Shown: one piece after another, positions 29,812-39,467 of the stretch
Layout: each line of letters begins with the position of its first letter
How positions within the stretch are numbered: the stretch's first letter is position 1
Source of the DNA: a virus
Lineage: Duplodnaviria; Caudoviricetes
Strand: one strand, 5' to 3'
DNA: 64,000 nt
IMG/VR virus record: IMGVR_UViG_2926558313_000004
Span: 72,969 to 136,968 of that record
The notes under the pieces: model-generated
The model's input: only the letters and a program-made list of their open reading frames with translations
Databases searched by the model: none
Told to the model about the DNA's origin: nothing
Program-made: the position numbers and the translations under genes

Positions 29812-30204
29812 ATGGCAACCCCTAAAGTTGAAATATTGAATGTTTTCCATACTAAATTCCAATCAATCACCCCTCTCCCACACGGACTAGAAGATCAATT
29901 TCTTCTTAACGCAATAGGTGATTTTGAATTAGACTTATATAAAATTCAATATAATAAAAACCTCGAAGAATTTGAAGAAAATCTGTCTCAACCTGAAATA
30001 AATCTACTGGGTTTACTCATGTACAGGTCTTATTTAGGAAGAGAAAGAGATCGAATATTAAAGCTTAATAATATAGTGGGGAAAGATATTAAATTGACTT
30101 CAATGTCAGATAGTAAAAGAACAATGAGTGATGCAATGGATAAATTGAATGATGACATAAAAATAGCTATTAATAAACTAAAAGATAATTCTTTTTATGA
30201 TTAG
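29812..30204 (+). CDS. Putative head-tail adaptor
   Basis: Position and size. Confidence 0.5.
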   Translation: MATPKVEILNVFHTKFQSITPLPHGLEDQFLLNAIGDFELDLYKIQYNKNLEEFEENLSQPEINLLGLLMYRSYLGRERDRILKLNNIVGKDIKLTSMSDSKRTMSDAMDKLNDDIKIAINKLKDNSFYD

Positions 30205-30209
30205 GGGGA

Positions 30210-30878
30210 TTGAAAATGTCAAATGATTGGTATTTGATGTCTAACCCCACCCCATTGAGCGGATTTGAAAAAAGTGAGTTTGAAAGCTACTATTCCGTCT
30301 TTAATGAAATTTTAGAGCAATCGCCTGAAGCTTATTTAGTAAATGTAGATGGAATGTTAAAACATGTAATTATTCAATCAAGGAACAAAGATGATGAATT
30401 TAATTTATTATCTAATACTGGTGACGTGAAAATGGGCGATCTAATTTTGTATAAAGACCAGTATTATCTTGCAGTTAGTTACCCATTCAGTAATAAAATA
30501 TATGAAAAAACACTTATTAAATATTGCAATAATATTCTAAAGGTCAAAGTAGACGAAATTCGAGAGATCACTGGTAAAACATCATTGGGCGAGCCTATTT
30601 ATAATACAACACCCATCTATTACGAACAACCTTGTCATTTTTCTAATGAAAATGGTACTACTTATAATACTACATTTTACGAGCAAATTAACGTTCCTTT
30701 GGGACGCATATCAATTTTAACTCCATACAGAACGAATGCAAATTTAATTACTGAAGGTATGGAATTTCAGATGTATGATTCCCAATATAAAATTTCAAAT
30801 GTAGATAAAACTCGTGTAAAAAATAACCAAGGTTTTCTTGAATTGTTTGTGGAAAGAATTCAACTAAGTAACAAATAA
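30210..30878 (+). CDS. Putative head-closure/neck protein
   Basis: Position; beta-rich sequence. Confidence 0.5.
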   Translation: MKMSNDWYLMSNPTPLSGFEKSEFESYYSVFNEILEQSPEAYLVNVDGMLKHVIIQSRNKDDEFNLLSNTGDVKMGDLILYKDQYYLAVSYPFSNKIYEKTLIKYCNNILKVKVDEIREITGKTSLGEPIYNTTPIYYEQPCHFSNENGTTYNTTFYEQINVPLGRISILTPYRTNANLITEGMEFQMYDSQYKISNVDKTRVKNNQGFLELFVERIQLSNK

Positions 30879-30904
30879 AATTTAATTAAAATGGGGATTT
30901 TATT

Positions 30905-31252
30905 ATGGATAAAAAGGAGAGATATTATTTAAATATCAAACAAACAAAAGCTTACTTTGAAAATCGTAAGAATAAATTGTTTAACTGCTTGTGCATGTAT
31001 GAAGAAAATAATGACACCGCCTTTAAAAATATTCATAGTCTCTCGTTAGAGTTAGAAGGTAAAGGTGAACGCCTCCCCTTTCTTAAAGATATGATCGAAT
31101 TTGACATCATTCTTGATACATTAGAATTTCTCTATAATGAATTTCTTACTATGGATAATAATCAAGAAGTTGTGAGGCGTGAAATATTCAAGTGCATGAG
31201 CTTATTGGACAAAATGATCATTAAGCTTCCTGACTATATGGAGTGTGGTTAG
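30905..31252 (+). CDS. Hypothetical protein
   Basis: ORF in the neck module. Confidence 0.6.
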   Translation: MDKKERYYLNIKQTKAYFENRKNKLFNCLCMYEENNDTAFKNIHSLSLELEGKGERLPFLKDMIEFDIILDTLEFLYNEFLTMDNNQEVVRREIFKCMSLLDKMIIKLPDYMECG

Positions 31253-31750
31253 ATGGAGCAAGAATATATAATGAGGGAGTTATTTTCTGAGTTTGCTCAG
31301 GATGAAACAATCCTCCGGTTACTTTTCTACCCCTCCAAAACTAGAGATGATGATGTACGTGTTATAGATGAAAATCGTCCTCCTATATTGCAGATGGAAG
31401 AGGATAGAAAATGGGGTATTATTTATGATGTCATAAAGGCTAGTAAAATAGTTAGCGATTTAGATGCCAGTCAAAAGTGCCGCCTCCTATACTATATGGG
31501 ACGTAGACCACCTAAAAGAAATAATTACATGTTTTCAGATCAGCAAGTAGTCATTGATTTGCTTGTTCACGCTAAAATTGACAATGTAGATTTTAGACTT
31601 TCAAAATTAGTTGATTACACAAGTAACAATTTATTTCAGAAACCAATGAAATTTGGAAATTTAAATTTTGCTGGCGGCTATGAAATTGGAGCACCTAAAG
31701 ACTACATAGGATATCAACTGAGATTTGAAGTTATTTCCTCGAATGGTTAG
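31253..31750 (+). CDS. Putative tail terminator/neck protein
   Basis: Position upstream of the tail tube. Confidence 0.45.
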   Translation: MEQEYIMRELFSEFAQDETILRLLFYPSKTRDDDVRVIDENRPPILQMEEDRKWGIIYDVIKASKIVSDLDASQKCRLLYYMGRRPPKRNNYMFSDQQVVIDLLVHAKIDNVDFRLSKLVDYTSNNLFQKPMKFGNLNFAGGYEIGAPKDYIGYQLRFEVISSNG

Positions 31751-31758
31751 GTGGTATC

Positions 31759-32511
31759 ATGAAAAGCTTAACTGATGTGTGGGCAAAGCCTCATGAGTAT
31801 AAAGGGATAAAAATATATCCCGTAAAAATTGGTGACTATGATAAGTTATTAAACTCGATTAACTGTCTATTACTTGATAAATATAAACTCCAAGAAAAAG
31901 ATGTCAAATTCATAAAGATGTCCTACCTTCAATATCTAATAGAGTTGGCTGTAACTAACACAGTTAATTTTCTTCCTCAATTAAAAGAACTATTGCTTCT
32001 TACTCTCAAAGACGAGATTACTCTATTCCAAAATGAAAATGAACGAATTCAAATTGCTTTAAGTAACAATCAAGTAATTACTGAAAAGGATTTTCAAGCG
32101 ATAAAAGAAATCATCCTTGCACAAAACTGTATTTATAATGATACAGAACTTCGAGATCCAGAGTTAGAGAAAAAAATGCAAGAAGCTCGTGAATTTATGG
32201 AGAAGAAGAAAGGGAAAATAGCTGATTTAGAACAGCAAATTGTAGCGTATCATTGCGCTTTTCAAATGCCTTATGACTACATACAAGAACTTACTATTTA
32301 TCAGTTTAGAAAAGGCATCGAAAGAATGGATCATTTGATGACTGCTAAAGCCATAAAGCAAGCACAATTTTCAGGATTTGCTAGTTTTAAAGATCCAGAT
32401 AAGTTACCTACTTGGCTCTCACACATAGAAGAAGAGACAAATCCTAATAAAGACATCCTAATGTCTGAAAGTGAATTCAATAAGTTTTCAGCCGAAAAAG
32501 GCTTGAAATAA
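31759..32511 (+). CDS. Putative tail assembly protein
   Basis: IQELTIYQF chaperone-like motif; position. Confidence 0.5.
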   Translation: MKSLTDVWAKPHEYKGIKIYPVKIGDYDKLLNSINCLLLDKYKLQEKDVKFIKMSYLQYLIELAVTNTVNFLPQLKELLLLTLKDEITLFQNENERIQIALSNNQVITEKDFQAIKEIILAQNCIYNDTELRDPELEKKMQEAREFMEKKKGKIADLEQQIVAYHCAFQMPYDYIQELTIYQFRKGIERMDHLMTAKAIKQAQFSGFASFKDPDKLPTWLSHIEEETNPNKDILMSESEFNKFSAEKGLK

Positions 32512-32542
32512 AATAAATTAAATATAATATGGAGGTTTTCCA

Positions 32543-33544
32543 ATGTCTAAGGATAAACAATTTTTAGTGTCTGTGGCAGATGTCTATATGTTTGACACTA
32601 CTACAGATCAGCTTGTCATGAAAGGTAAAACTTTAATTAGTACTGCCCTTGCTCAAGAAATCCAGAATACAGAAATCTTCGGTGGTAAGGGAAGTCAGCT
32701 TCAATATGACTTTAATTATCAAAAGATGATTACTGCAACTATTGAGGATAGTCAAGTTCTTGAAGACTACATTGCTTTAAACAACAATGCTCAAATTGCA
32801 AATGAACTTCGTGAATACTACATTGAAGAGACTGTGGTTTTGGACGGTAGTGGTTCTGCAACTTTACAAGAAACACCGATCGGGAATGTTTATGTTGAGG
32901 CAGCTAATGGTACTACTTTAACAATTATTCCTAATGGTAAAGATATCACCGTTTCAGGATCAGAAGGCTCAGAAGTTAAATTAGTTTACCGTTATGAAAC
33001 AATTATGGATCACATTACTATTGATGCTTCTAAATTCCCGAAAGCATATAAATTAGTAATGAATTCAGACTTTTATACGAAAGATGGTAAGTCTGCTGAA
33101 ATGCAAATTACTATTCCACAGTTCAAACTTAACGGCTCATTCAGTTTAGAAATGACACATGACGGAGTGAGTACATCTACACTTGAAGGAAAAGCTTTAG
33201 CTGATGGTAACAATAATTATGCCCACATTGACATTAAACGTTTGAATAATGAATCACCAACACTCGCTGCTTTGGCTGCCTCCCCTTCTGAAGTTCAACT
33301 TTCCATTGGTGCTGGAGGAGATTCTGAGCAGTTAACTGTATATGGTATTAGAGGTGGATTGTACTCGAATATTATTGTTCCTGCTTCTGAATTGACTTTT
33401 AGTTCTGATAACACTTCTGTTGCCTCAGTTACTTCTTCTGGTTTGGTTGGAATTGCAAGTGAAGCTACTGAAGGTGACAAAACAACCATTCGTGTTACTG
33501 ATGGAACTGTAACTGACGTTGTTGATGTAGAAATTATTGAATAA
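32543..33544 (+). CDS. Major tail (tube) protein with C-terminal Ig-like (Big_2) domain
   Basis: TFSSDNTSVASVTSSGLV Ig-like signature; strong RBS; followed by a hairpin. Confidence 0.75.
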   Translation: MSKDKQFLVSVADVYMFDTTTDQLVMKGKTLISTALAQEIQNTEIFGGKGSQLQYDFNYQKMITATIEDSQVLEDYIALNNNAQIANELREYYIEETVVLDGSGSATLQETPIGNVYVEAANGTTLTIIPNGKDITVSGSEGSEVKLVYRYETIMDHITIDASKFPKAYKLVMNSDFYTKDGKSAEMQITIPQFKLNGSFSLEMTHDGVSTSTLEGKALADGNNNYAHIDIKRLNNESPTLAALAASPSEVQLSIGAGGDSEQLTVYGIRGGLYSNIIVPASELTFSSDNTSVASVTSSGLVGIASEATEGDKTTIRVTDGTVTDVVDVEIIE

Positions 33545-33567
33545 ATAAAGTGAATAATATACATAAA

Positions 33568-33599
33568 CTTGAGTGGCTTCGTTCGAGGTCGCTCAAGTA
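33568..33599 (+). terminator. Hairpin/terminator after the tail tube gene
   Basis: CTTGAGTGGCTTCG-TT-CGAGGTCGCTCAAG. Confidence 0.55.
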
Positions 33600-33629
33600 A
33601 ATTTAAAAGGATTAAAAGGAGTGATTTGA

Positions 33630-34229
33630 TTGGGAAAGCAATCTAAAAAGATTCAAAAGACTGTTTCAAAAAAAGAGCCTCTTCTCTCTTCTGTACTTAA
33701 AGAAGAAGTACAGATGTATGATGAATTTATAGACATCCCTTTTGTTCCCATTGGTCACGAAAAAGAGATTGTAATTAGAATGTACCCTCTTTTCAAGCCT
33801 GAAAAGGTGCGTGATTGTGTTGCTGACTATTTTAGCTTTATTGCACAATGCAAAAAGGAGCAGATTGTTATTCAGGAAGTCGAAGTAGACGATATACTAG
33901 GGTATTTTATCATCAAGCATTTTACTAATGCTAAGCTTACGAAGGGTAAGAAAGCAAAAACAGTATATGATGAGTTTAAAATTCTCATTAATTCACATTT
34001 TTACAAAGAATTGATTAGTTATTTCCCAGAAGAATCAATCAAATCTGTACATAATCGCCGTTTTGAATTGATTGAGACTGTAGGAAAAATGGAAAAGCAA
34101 TTCAATCAAATAAATGAGGAACTGGCAAAACTTCCCCTAGAGAACAGAGAAGCTATTGAAAAGGCATTTGGAAAAATTGGGATAGATCAAAGTGCAGATG
34201 AGGTTGTAAATAATAAACCTATTCAATAA
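33630..34229 (+). CDS. Putative tail assembly chaperone
   Basis: Position after the tail tube. Confidence 0.5.
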   Translation: MGKQSKKIQKTVSKKEPLLSSVLKEEVQMYDEFIDIPFVPIGHEKEIVIRMYPLFKPEKVRDCVADYFSFIAQCKKEQIVIQEVEVDDILGYFIIKHFTNAKLTKGKKAKTVYDEFKILINSHFYKELISYFPEESIKSVHNRRFELIETVGKMEKQFNQINEELAKLPLENREAIEKAFGKIGIDQSADEVVNNKPIQ

Positions 34230-34342
34230 GGTCAATAATTGGATATTGCTGCAGTATGTAAAGTTTCACATTTTTCTTATGTTCCTACTCCCTATTCAAA
34301 AGAAAAATAAAAACTAATTAAAAGAACGCTTTTATCGGATGT

Positions 34343-34774
34343 GTGAAGATGGCAAAGAAAAATGTTACAAATTTAAATGAGTTATTCGCTTATTTAAATA
34401 ATCAGTTAAAGAACACTGTTCAAAATCGTGATGGTGAAGTTATTAAAGAAACAATTGATACAGCTAAAAACAGAGTTGATGAAGATGTATATGCCGTTTA
34501 TGATCCTCGAATTTATCAACGTACTGGTCAATTGCGTGAAGAATGGGAAGTCATTAACACTGCAAATGGCGTAGCTATTTTTAATAGTCGTCGAGATGGA
34601 AATACTTATGTTGCTGAAGTTGTTGAGACTGGTCAAGGCTATTCATACAGTTTCCCCTATGATGGTGTCCCTCGCCCATTTACGGCTAATACAAGAGAAG
34701 AGCTAATAAAGTCAGGAAAATTAAATGAAGCTCTAAAAAAAGATTTAAGAAAGCTTAGGTTTAAAGTTATCTAA
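34343..34774 (+). CDS. Tail completion/neck protein (HK97 gp10-like)
   Basis: YQRTGQL and PRPF motifs. Confidence 0.6.
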   Translation: MKMAKKNVTNLNELFAYLNNQLKNTVQNRDGEVIKETIDTAKNRVDEDVYAVYDPRIYQRTGQLREEWEVINTANGVAIFNSRRDGNTYVAEVVETGQGYSYSFPYDGVPRPFTANTREELIKSGKLNEALKKDLRKLRFKVI

Positions 34775-34870
34775 TACGATAATTGAAATTATTAAAATTA
34801 TGCATAGTTTTGATTGATGTTGAGTGGGAATTGCGTTTATAACGTGGTTCCTACTTTTTTGTTAAGGTAG

Positions 34871-35896
34871 GTGAATTTATTGGGAAAGATCAAACGAATA
34901 AAATATTTTACTCCTGAAAAGAAATCCCTCATTTCAGAAGAAAATAGGAAGTTATATGAGAAATATTTAAAAAGCTCGATTATCAAAAATAAAGATGTGA
35001 AAGAAACTACCTATAAGGTTTATCAAAATTACATGGATCACTTTCTAGTTTATTTAGCTGAAGAATGGGATAATATCGGCTTATATAGCGAAGAATTCAT
35101 GGAAGAAGCAGTAGATATTATGGAAGGATTTATTGGTTTTTGCCAAGAAACTCTATTTAATAATAAGAAAGTAATAAACACTAAACTTAGTACTGTTTCA
35201 AGTTTTTATTTATGGAGTCTTAAAAGAGGATTGATTGATAGACACCCATTTGATAAGAAGCTTGAAAGAATGAAGGGTGCAAACGACGAAAAAATCAGAG
35301 ATTCATATTATCTAACAGAAGAGCAAGTTCTACAAATCCAAGATGGCTTATTGAATGATAAACGATATGATTTTCAGGATAGGCTTATTTGGAATATAGC
35401 TCTAGACTCCGCTAATCGGGTTGGCGCTCTATCTCGCTTAACTATCTCTTCCTTAGATCTAGAGAATATGGTATTTGAAAATATAAGAGAAAAACGAGGC
35501 AAAATCGTAGAAGTTGCATTTGAAGAGGAAACTAAGCTATTAATTGAAGAATGGCTTGAAATGAGAAAAGAGATGGATAATTTAGAAATTGATTCATTCT
35601 TTTTAACTAAATATAAGGGCAATTATAAACCAATGGATTATGGAACTATTCAAAATCGAGTTAAAAAGATAGGTACTATTATTGGAATTGAAGATTTTTA
35701 TGTTCATACTATTCGCAAAACAAAGTTGAACTTGCTATATGAACAGACTGGGAATATCGACATGGTTGCTGAATGGGCAAACCATGAATCTATTGAAACT
35801 AGTAAGAAACATTACATAAAACCAAAATCTAAGGCTCAGCTTAGACGTGAGATGAGAGAATTAATTAAGAAAAATAGAGATGAAAAGAAGAAATAA
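34871..35896 (+). CDS. Tyrosine recombinase (YomM-like)
   Basis: Catalytic R (ANRVG), K (EKRG), HTIR, NH and Y (KHYI); N-terminal SAM-like domain. Confidence 0.9.
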   Translation: MNLLGKIKRIKYFTPEKKSLISEENRKLYEKYLKSSIIKNKDVKETTYKVYQNYMDHFLVYLAEEWDNIGLYSEEFMEEAVDIMEGFIGFCQETLFNNKKVINTKLSTVSSFYLWSLKRGLIDRHPFDKKLERMKGANDEKIRDSYYLTEEQVLQIQDGLLNDKRYDFQDRLIWNIALDSANRVGALSRLTISSLDLENMVFENIREKRGKIVEVAFEEETKLLIEEWLEMRKEMDNLEIDSFFLTKYKGNYKPMDYGTIQNRVKKIGTIIGIEDFYVHTIRKTKLNLLYEQTGNIDMVAEWANHESIETSKKHYIKPKSKAQLRREMRELIKKNRDEKKK

Positions 35897-35979
35897 ATTT
35901 TATTTAGATCTACTCCCCCTCTTCTGAGAGGGGTTTACATGTGAGTAAAAATAGTTCTTGACAAATGACATTATTACAA

Positions 35980-36008
35980 TTGTGTAATTTAAATAAAAAT
36001 GGTATAAT
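35980..36008 (+). promoter_or_regulatory. sigma-A promoter of the GNAT cassette
   Basis: TTGTGT-17-TATAAT with extended TG. Confidence 0.55.
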
Positions 36009-36300
36009 TTCCTTAAAAATAAGAGTTTAGTAATAGTTAAGAGGAGGAGATAGTGACTTCAAGCATCTGTAAAATACCAGTTTATTTTTAAACCCAAGAA
36101 AAATGAAGAATTTATGAGGATTAGAAAAATAATAATTAAAAAGGCATCTGAATGTTAACAATCAATATTAAGAAACCTTTTAAGTTGATTAATAAAAATT
36201 AAATCCTGATGATATTTGTTATTTAATTTATCCACATAATAAAAACTAGTAACAATTGCTAGTTAAAACATTTTTATTTTTTCATCTAAATTGAGGAGCG

Positions 36301-36474
36301 ATGAAAATGACAAAAAAACTTGAAAAACTTAAAGAGGTAAAACCACTTCGTTCTCTTGAATTTAAACCTGAATTCGAACACTTGAAAGAATTCCCAATTA
36401 TTACAGGTAAGCAAAACAGAGAAAAAAGACTCAAGCGAGCAAAAAAGAATGCATTATTAATTCAGAGAGGTTAA
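36301..36474 (+). CDS. Small basic protein, candidate antitoxin (57 aa)
   Basis: RBS GAGGAG; ends 11 nt before the GNAT gene. Confidence 0.6.
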   Translation: MKMTKKLEKLKEVKPLRSLEFKPEFEHLKEFPIITGKQNREKRLKRAKKNALLIQRG

Positions 36475-36485
36475 ATAGTTCCAAG

Positions 36486-37013
36486 ATGAGTAAAGTCAAT
36501 GTTGAAGATATAACAGTTAAAAGATATAGGTACGGAGACAGTCTACCTGCTCTAAATACCGGAAGAGAGCAGGTAGACCATATTTATAAACATTACATAT
36601 CAATATTAGAACAGCAACAAAGAGCAATTTCTAATATGTTTTATTTAAATTCTGAATGTGTGGGATTTTGTATTTTATTAACAGATAGAATATCCAAATC
36701 AGCAACCAAAGTTTTTCTTGGAGGCTCTTATCCAACTTTCTTCCCTGCTATACAATTATATTGTATAGGTGTAAAAAAAGAATATCAATCTTCGGGAATT
36801 GGCTCGTCTATCATGGATTGGATTTTGTATACTGTGAATGAAATGAGAAATAATGTAGGGATTAGTTTTTTAGTTCTTGAATCCTACAATGATGAAAAAT
36901 TATTGGAATTTTATCGTTCGAATGAGTTTGTTAAGTGGAAATATGTCATTGATCCACCTGAAGATTTGATACCACTTGTGTATGACTTTCGCGGTTTAGA
37001 AGGTGACATATAG
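36486..37013 (+). CDS. GNAT acetyltransferase, toxin-like (TacT/AtaT-type motifs)
   Basis: FPAIQLYCIGV, YQSSGIG acetyl-CoA motif, GISFLVLES, FYRSNEF. Confidence 0.8.
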   Translation: MSKVNVEDITVKRYRYGDSLPALNTGREQVDHIYKHYISILEQQQRAISNMFYLNSECVGFCILLTDRISKSATKVFLGGSYPTFFPAIQLYCIGVKKEYQSSGIGSSIMDWILYTVNEMRNNVGISFLVLESYNDEKLLEFYRSNEFVKWKYVIDPPEDLIPLVYDFRGLEGDI

Positions 37014-37054
37014 AGGGAATGATATTCATAGGTATCAATAAGGAGATGATGCTT

Positions 37055-37174
37055 ATGAAAATTAGAAAGTCTCTTCACCTCATAGAAACGGAAAAGAAAA
37101 ACAAGAAAATTAGACAGAATAGATTAGACAAGGCTTTAAAAAATGCCAAAAAAATTACCAAAGAAAAAAATTAA
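37055..37174 (+). CDS. Small basic peptide (39 aa)
   Basis: RBS AAGGAG; shares RxxRLxxAxKNAxxI with 36301-36474. Confidence 0.5.
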   Translation: MKIRKSLHLIETEKKNKKIRQNRLDKALKNAKKITKEKN

Positions 37175-37210
37175 TGTGTTGAATGTTTTTACTCCCCTCC
37201 CCCACTCCAT

Positions 37211-37268
37211 TTCCATAATAAAAAGACATGAACAGTAAAAATTAATTCATGTCTTTTTATTATGGGAA
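37211..37268. terminator. Bidirectional terminator
   Basis: About 22-bp inverted repeat CCATAATAAAAAGACATGAA/TTCATGTCTTTTTATTATGG between convergent genes. Confidence 0.75.
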
Positions 37269-37275
37269 AAATGCG

Positions 37276-37512
37276 TTATTCGGTAATTAATTTCTCATTC
37301 GCTTCATCTACTTCAAAAATATAGAATAAATCTTCTATCTTTACATCTAATGCACTAGCAATAGTCACAAGATGCACATCTTTATGTTGTTTATTTTTAT
37401 CAAATCGAGAAATTGTTCCTTGTCCTATTCCTGTAATTTTTGATAAATCTACTTGTGTCATTCCTCTTTCCTTAAGTAGTTCATTAAGTTTTGGAGTCAC
37501 TATATATCGCAT
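37276..37512 (-). CDS. Xre-family HTH repressor
   Basis: GMTQVDLSKITGIGQGTISRF; RBS AGGAGG before ATG 37512. Confidence 0.85.
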   Translation of the reverse strand: MRYIVTPKLNELLKERGMTQVDLSKITGIGQGTISRFDKNKQHKDVHLVTIASALDVKIEDLFYIFEVDEANEKLITE

Positions 37513-37586
37513 ATTCAACCTCCTATACTCCTTTATTATGACTAATTTGTTTTAAAAAATCAACAAGGAAAAAACTTAAATTCATA

Positions 37587-37616
37587 TTGACTATTCGTTA
37601 TCGAATATTATATAAT
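37587..37616 (+). promoter_or_regulatory. sigma-A promoter with a palindromic operator in the spacer
   Basis: TTGACT-18-TATAAT; TATTCG-N4-CGAATA (37592-37607). Confidence 0.65.
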
Positions 37617-37652
37617 AATGGCAAGAAAGTCATATTGAAGGAGCTGTTCAAA

Positions 37653-37874
37653 ATGAAAAGCTGTGTATTTGGGACGATTAGTTATGATGTGTCATTGGAG
37701 CTTGAATGCGATAAGGATAAGGCTTTGATGGAGGCTTATAGGAGGATAAGTGACTTGAATTTTGGAGACAAACTAGTATTATATGACATAAGTGGCAGGA
37801 AAATTGGTGCAATGGATATACATAGTGGAGATGTCGAGTGGAAATTGGCGATTGCGGATAATGAGGTTTTGTAG
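37653..37874 (+). CDS. Small hypothetical protein (paralogue of 39229-39435)
   Basis: RBS AAGGAG before ATG 37653. Confidence 0.65.
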   Translation: MKSCVFGTISYDVSLELECDKDKALMEAYRRISDLNFGDKLVLYDISGRKIGAMDIHSGDVEWKLAIADNEVL

Positions 37875-37879
37875 ATAAA

Positions 37880-38281
37880 ATGAAGATGAGGAGTTGTGAA
37901 GAGGTGAAAAAGAATCAAACAAAGATTAAATTTTACCGTAACGGTACTTCTACTGAGATTGAGTTAGATAAGGATGAGAAAGTAGAAGGATTCGTAATTA
38001 CAGAAGCTCACTTAGACCTGAATAACAGGATTAGCAATACTGAATTTGATATTCTGGGAGTGGAAGCTACAGAAGCAAATAGTTTTCAAGACGCTGTTGA
38101 TATTTATAATGATAAATTTAATGAGTATGAAAAGAAATCTTTTGATTGGAAAGGTTATTCTGCTGGATGTTTGAAGTTTTATTGGAGTAATGAAGAAACA
38201 GATGTTCTCACCTATCTAAAATTAAACTATAATGGAGAAGAAGTCATGGATTTTGATTTTGAAGAGCTTGGTTTTTTATAA
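37880..38281 (+). CDS. Hypothetical acidic protein
   Basis: ORF track; start uncertain. Confidence 0.6.
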   Translation: MKMRSCEEVKKNQTKIKFYRNGTSTEIELDKDEKVEGFVITEAHLDLNNRISNTEFDILGVEATEANSFQDAVDIYNDKFNEYEKKSFDWKGYSAGCLKFYWSNEETDVLTYLKLNYNGEEVMDFDFEELGFL

Positions 38282-38385
38282 TTTCATTAATTGTTTGCCC
38301 CATTCCACCCTTTTACATATAATGTAGGTAATACATACCAATAATAAGGTATTAGCTTACTAACTATAGAAAGGGTGGTTTTATT

Positions 38386-38760
38386 TTGATTAAAAGGCTG
38401 ATTTTATTTAGTGGAATTATTTTATTAATATTAGGTGGGTGTGGTACGAAGGCGTCTACAAGTCATGAGATCAGAGATGTATTTATTCACCATGCCAATT
38501 TGACTATGAAAGAAATAGAGGAATGTTACTCTTCATTTGACAAATGTGAATATGAAAATGTACTTTCGGAAATGAAGTCATATGTAGATTTTTCATCCAC
38601 AGTTCTTGAAATGAGTCCCGACGAAGAAAAATTATTTAATGATGTTTGGAATGCACAGCAAACCCTTTCAGATATTTACTTAAAGAGGCAGATAGATAAA
38701 CTTGATGATCTAGACGAACAGATAGGAATAGTAAGAGATATTATAGGTATTATTGAATAA
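38386..38760 (+). CDS. Lipoprotein (possible superinfection exclusion)
   Basis: Signal peptide with lipobox LGGC; own promoter TTGCCC-17-TATAAT (38295-38323). Confidence 0.75.
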   Translation: MIKRLILFSGIILLILGGCGTKASTSHEIRDVFIHHANLTMKEIEECYSSFDKCEYENVLSEMKSYVDFSSTVLEMSPDEEKLFNDVWNAQQTLSDIYLKRQIDKLDDLDEQIGIVRDIIGIIE

Positions 38761-38836
38761 GGTTGTATAGAATGTTAGCTATATTAATTCAGAGATGAGT
38801 AGACTAGAAAAATTTGTTTAACGACTAGAAAATTTT

Positions 38837-39061
38837 CTAGTCGTTTTTATTTTGTTTTATATTTTTCATCGCTTCCACTATCTCAGAATATTCATCATTT
38901 AAATATCTCTCAACAGCACGATCTAAAAGTCTCGTTTTTGGCATCCCTGTCTCTCGATGTACTTGATCTAGATATTCAAACAAATCATTTCGCAATGTGC
39001 TACTTAAAGGTCTCCTATGCTTAAGGTCTCTAATTCCCAATATATGACTCCCTTTCAACAA
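38837..39061 (-). CDS. Ribbon-helix-helix regulator
   Basis: RRPLSSTLRNDLFEYLDQVHRETGMPKTRLLDRAVERYL. Confidence 0.8.
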   Translation of the reverse strand: MLKGSHILGIRDLKHRRPLSSTLRNDLFEYLDQVHRETGMPKTRLLDRAVERYLNDEYSEIVEAMKNIKQNKND

Positions 39062-39154
39062 CTTAATTCTATAACGTTCTATAACTTTCTTTATATTACT
39101 TTAACATCAAAAAGCCATACTTTCAATAAAATAACCAATAAAAACAAAATAATC

Positions 39155-39183
39155 TTGAACGTTAATTAACGTTGTGGTATATT
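39155..39183 (+). promoter_or_regulatory. sigma-A promoter with a perfect 16-bp palindromic operator
   Basis: TTGAAC-17-TATATT with extended TG; AACGTTAATTAACGTT (39158-39173). Confidence 0.7.
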
Positions 39184-39228
39184 GTACTCAAGCAAGAAAA
39201 ACATTCCAATATACTAGGAGTTGATCAA

Positions 39229-39435
39229 ATGTCGTACACATTGTATGTGAGTGCAGAACAAGTAATTTCTCTTGATATTGATTGTGAAAGCGAAGAATCG
39301 GCACTGGAGAAAGCTAACGAAATTCTCTCCGCTATCAAAAATCATATTGAGAAGAAATTAACAGACGAAGGTGCATATGTACATAGCAGCGAGATGGTTG
39401 TTGAGTTGGTAACAGTGAAGGATGAAGTTCTGTAA
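39229..39435 (+). CDS. Small hypothetical protein (paralogue of 37653-37874)
   Basis: RBS AGGAG before ATG 39229. Confidence 0.65.
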   Translation: MSYTLYVSAEQVISLDIDCESEESALEKANEILSAIKNHIEKKLTDEGAYVHSSEMVVELVTVKDEVL

Positions 39436-39467
39436 GCTAGGTTCTAAAATAATGAGATTAAAAGGAG

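Noticed and set aside
34200-34310. Programmed frameshift or readthrough of the tail chaperone
   Set aside because: No clear slippery heptamer, and two in-frame stops precede the short downstream frame
36053-36091. ORF behind the strong RBS GAGGAGGAG
   Set aside because: Stops after 12 codons; may be a decayed gene, but cannot be supported
38820-38845. 26-bp perfect palindrome as a telomere-resolution or recombination site
   Set aside because: Lies between convergent genes, so a bidirectional terminator is simpler; no protelomerase seen in the window
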